From assembly GCA_964016885.1 (NCBI GenBank), contig OZ024740.1, forward strand, positions 168,454,001-168,518,000: a stretch of 64,000 nucleotides of DNA, written 5' to 3'. The notes beneath the pieces were generated by a model. The model worked only from the letters and a program-made list of their open reading frames with translations. It did no database searches and had not been told where the DNA came from. This document shows, piece by piece, positions 62,677 to 64,000 of the stretch. Numbering within the stretch: the stretch's first letter is position 1; each line of letters begins with the position of its first letter. A program made the position numbers and the translations under genes. The DNA comes from Eledone cirrhosa (Eukaryota).

Positions 62677-64000
62677 CATCATTATCGTTTAATGTCTGAT
62701 TTTCCATGCTTGCATTGATTGGATGAATTCATTCGAGCACAGTTTGCCTCCGACCAGGTTTTTCTTAGTGTTCCTCTACTGCAGCTTCCTTCCACTGCAT
62801 CTCCTGGCACTTTTTCACTCAGTGACCATCATCCATATGCATGACATGTCCATACTAGCACAGTCTTCTCTTTCACATACTACATCTGTTTCCTCATATA
62901 TACAGTTTTTCCTTCAGTTAATCCCTGCCGCTTCATTCATGCACACTATCATTATACACCTAATGGAGTATGCTTACTTCATTTCTCTCCAGCTTTTAAA
63001 TATCCTTTGCATTTACCTCCCATGTCTCACTGCTATACAGGCATTATACAATCTACTATTCGCTTGGAGAAAAAATCCCTTTACTGTCATTAGAGGTAGT
63101 AGCTCCCCAAATTGTTTCCAGCCTGTTCTCATTCTTGCTACTACACTTCCAGAGCAATCTCCTCCACTGCTACTTAAGTAGCAGAAACTATCAACTACTT
63201 CTAAAGCACCTTGCCATCACTGGAAAAAGTTTATTTTACTGCTGCTCTTACTACCAGCTATCTCTGTATCTGCCACATACAAAACCTATCTTTTCTGTTA
63301 GCCTGCCTACAATCTCATTACATCCCTTGTCTTCATTGTATAGAGTTCTTATCTACACCAATTGACTTCATATCTACTCCTATTTTATATATCAAGTACT
63401 TCCACTTTGTCCTCTTTCCTACTTTGGTTTTTGCTAGGTTGATCCCAAGCCCTTTTGATTCCTGTTTCCACAGCAGAAATTCCTCACTAAACTCCTCATC
63501 TACTCTCACTTTACTGACAGCACTTTTTTATGTCAACCTTTCCATGCTGGCATGGGTGGGACAGGACGTTTTGAGGCAATGTTTTACAGCTGCCATCAAC
63601 TTTTTTAGATGTATCTTATGACATGCAGGGATACAATGTGCTTACTCTAAACCAGATACATACAGCTAGATTGTGGTAATCTGTCATAAGCCTTTTTCAG
63701 ATCTTAGGAACTTTTCTTGTAGTTGTCTCACTAAGAAGAGAGCATCATAACTTGTTTCATCTGTTTTGTGCTTCTGTAGTTGTTCATTTCTAGTGCATCA
63801 TCTTTTCTCTTGTTGCTGTTAATGATTATAATTCTATGCAAGTCATTGGGTATGACACCATCATGCATTATTACCTGATTGGTTATGTGAGTGACTAGTT
63901 CAACTTCTACTTTACTAGATGATTTCAGCATCTCAGCAACTATCTCTAATGGCCCAACAGCTTTTCCATTTTCCATTTCTCTTATTGCTTCTTTAATTCT
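62675..64000 (-). mobile_element. Degenerate RTE LINE fragments running off the window end
   Basis: [24 protein letters not shown] and decayed RT C-terminus; ATC tail at about 62675. Confidence 0.75.

Overview
AT-rich, repeat-saturated eukaryotic DNA. The SINE/LINE repertoire and microsatellite load suggest a coleoid cephalopod, probably Octopus (inference). Host content is sparse: the last three coding exons of a thiopurine S-methyltransferase (TPMT) gene (614-4253, +) and a probable first coding exon of an unidentified gene (50738-51021, +). The rest is mostly mobile DNA. It includes an intact single-ORF RTE LINE (53721-57240) with a PHD-type finger inserted after the RT core and a candidate HDV-like ribozyme at its exact 5' end, plus many RTE fragments and RTE-tailed SINEs. 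There are also three CR1-like LINE copies (two keep an in-phase G-GGA-AAC slippery site at the ORF1/ORF2 junction), an R4/Dong-clade LINE in a (CATA)n tract, CRE-clade fragments, two solo LTRs, a Helitron remnant, piggyBac-like MITEs and MetaSINEs. The most striking RNA-level signal is a set of Penelope-type palindromes in (AT)n tracts carrying minimal type-I hammerhead ribozymes, some on both strands. All calls are by eye; no database search or folding was run.
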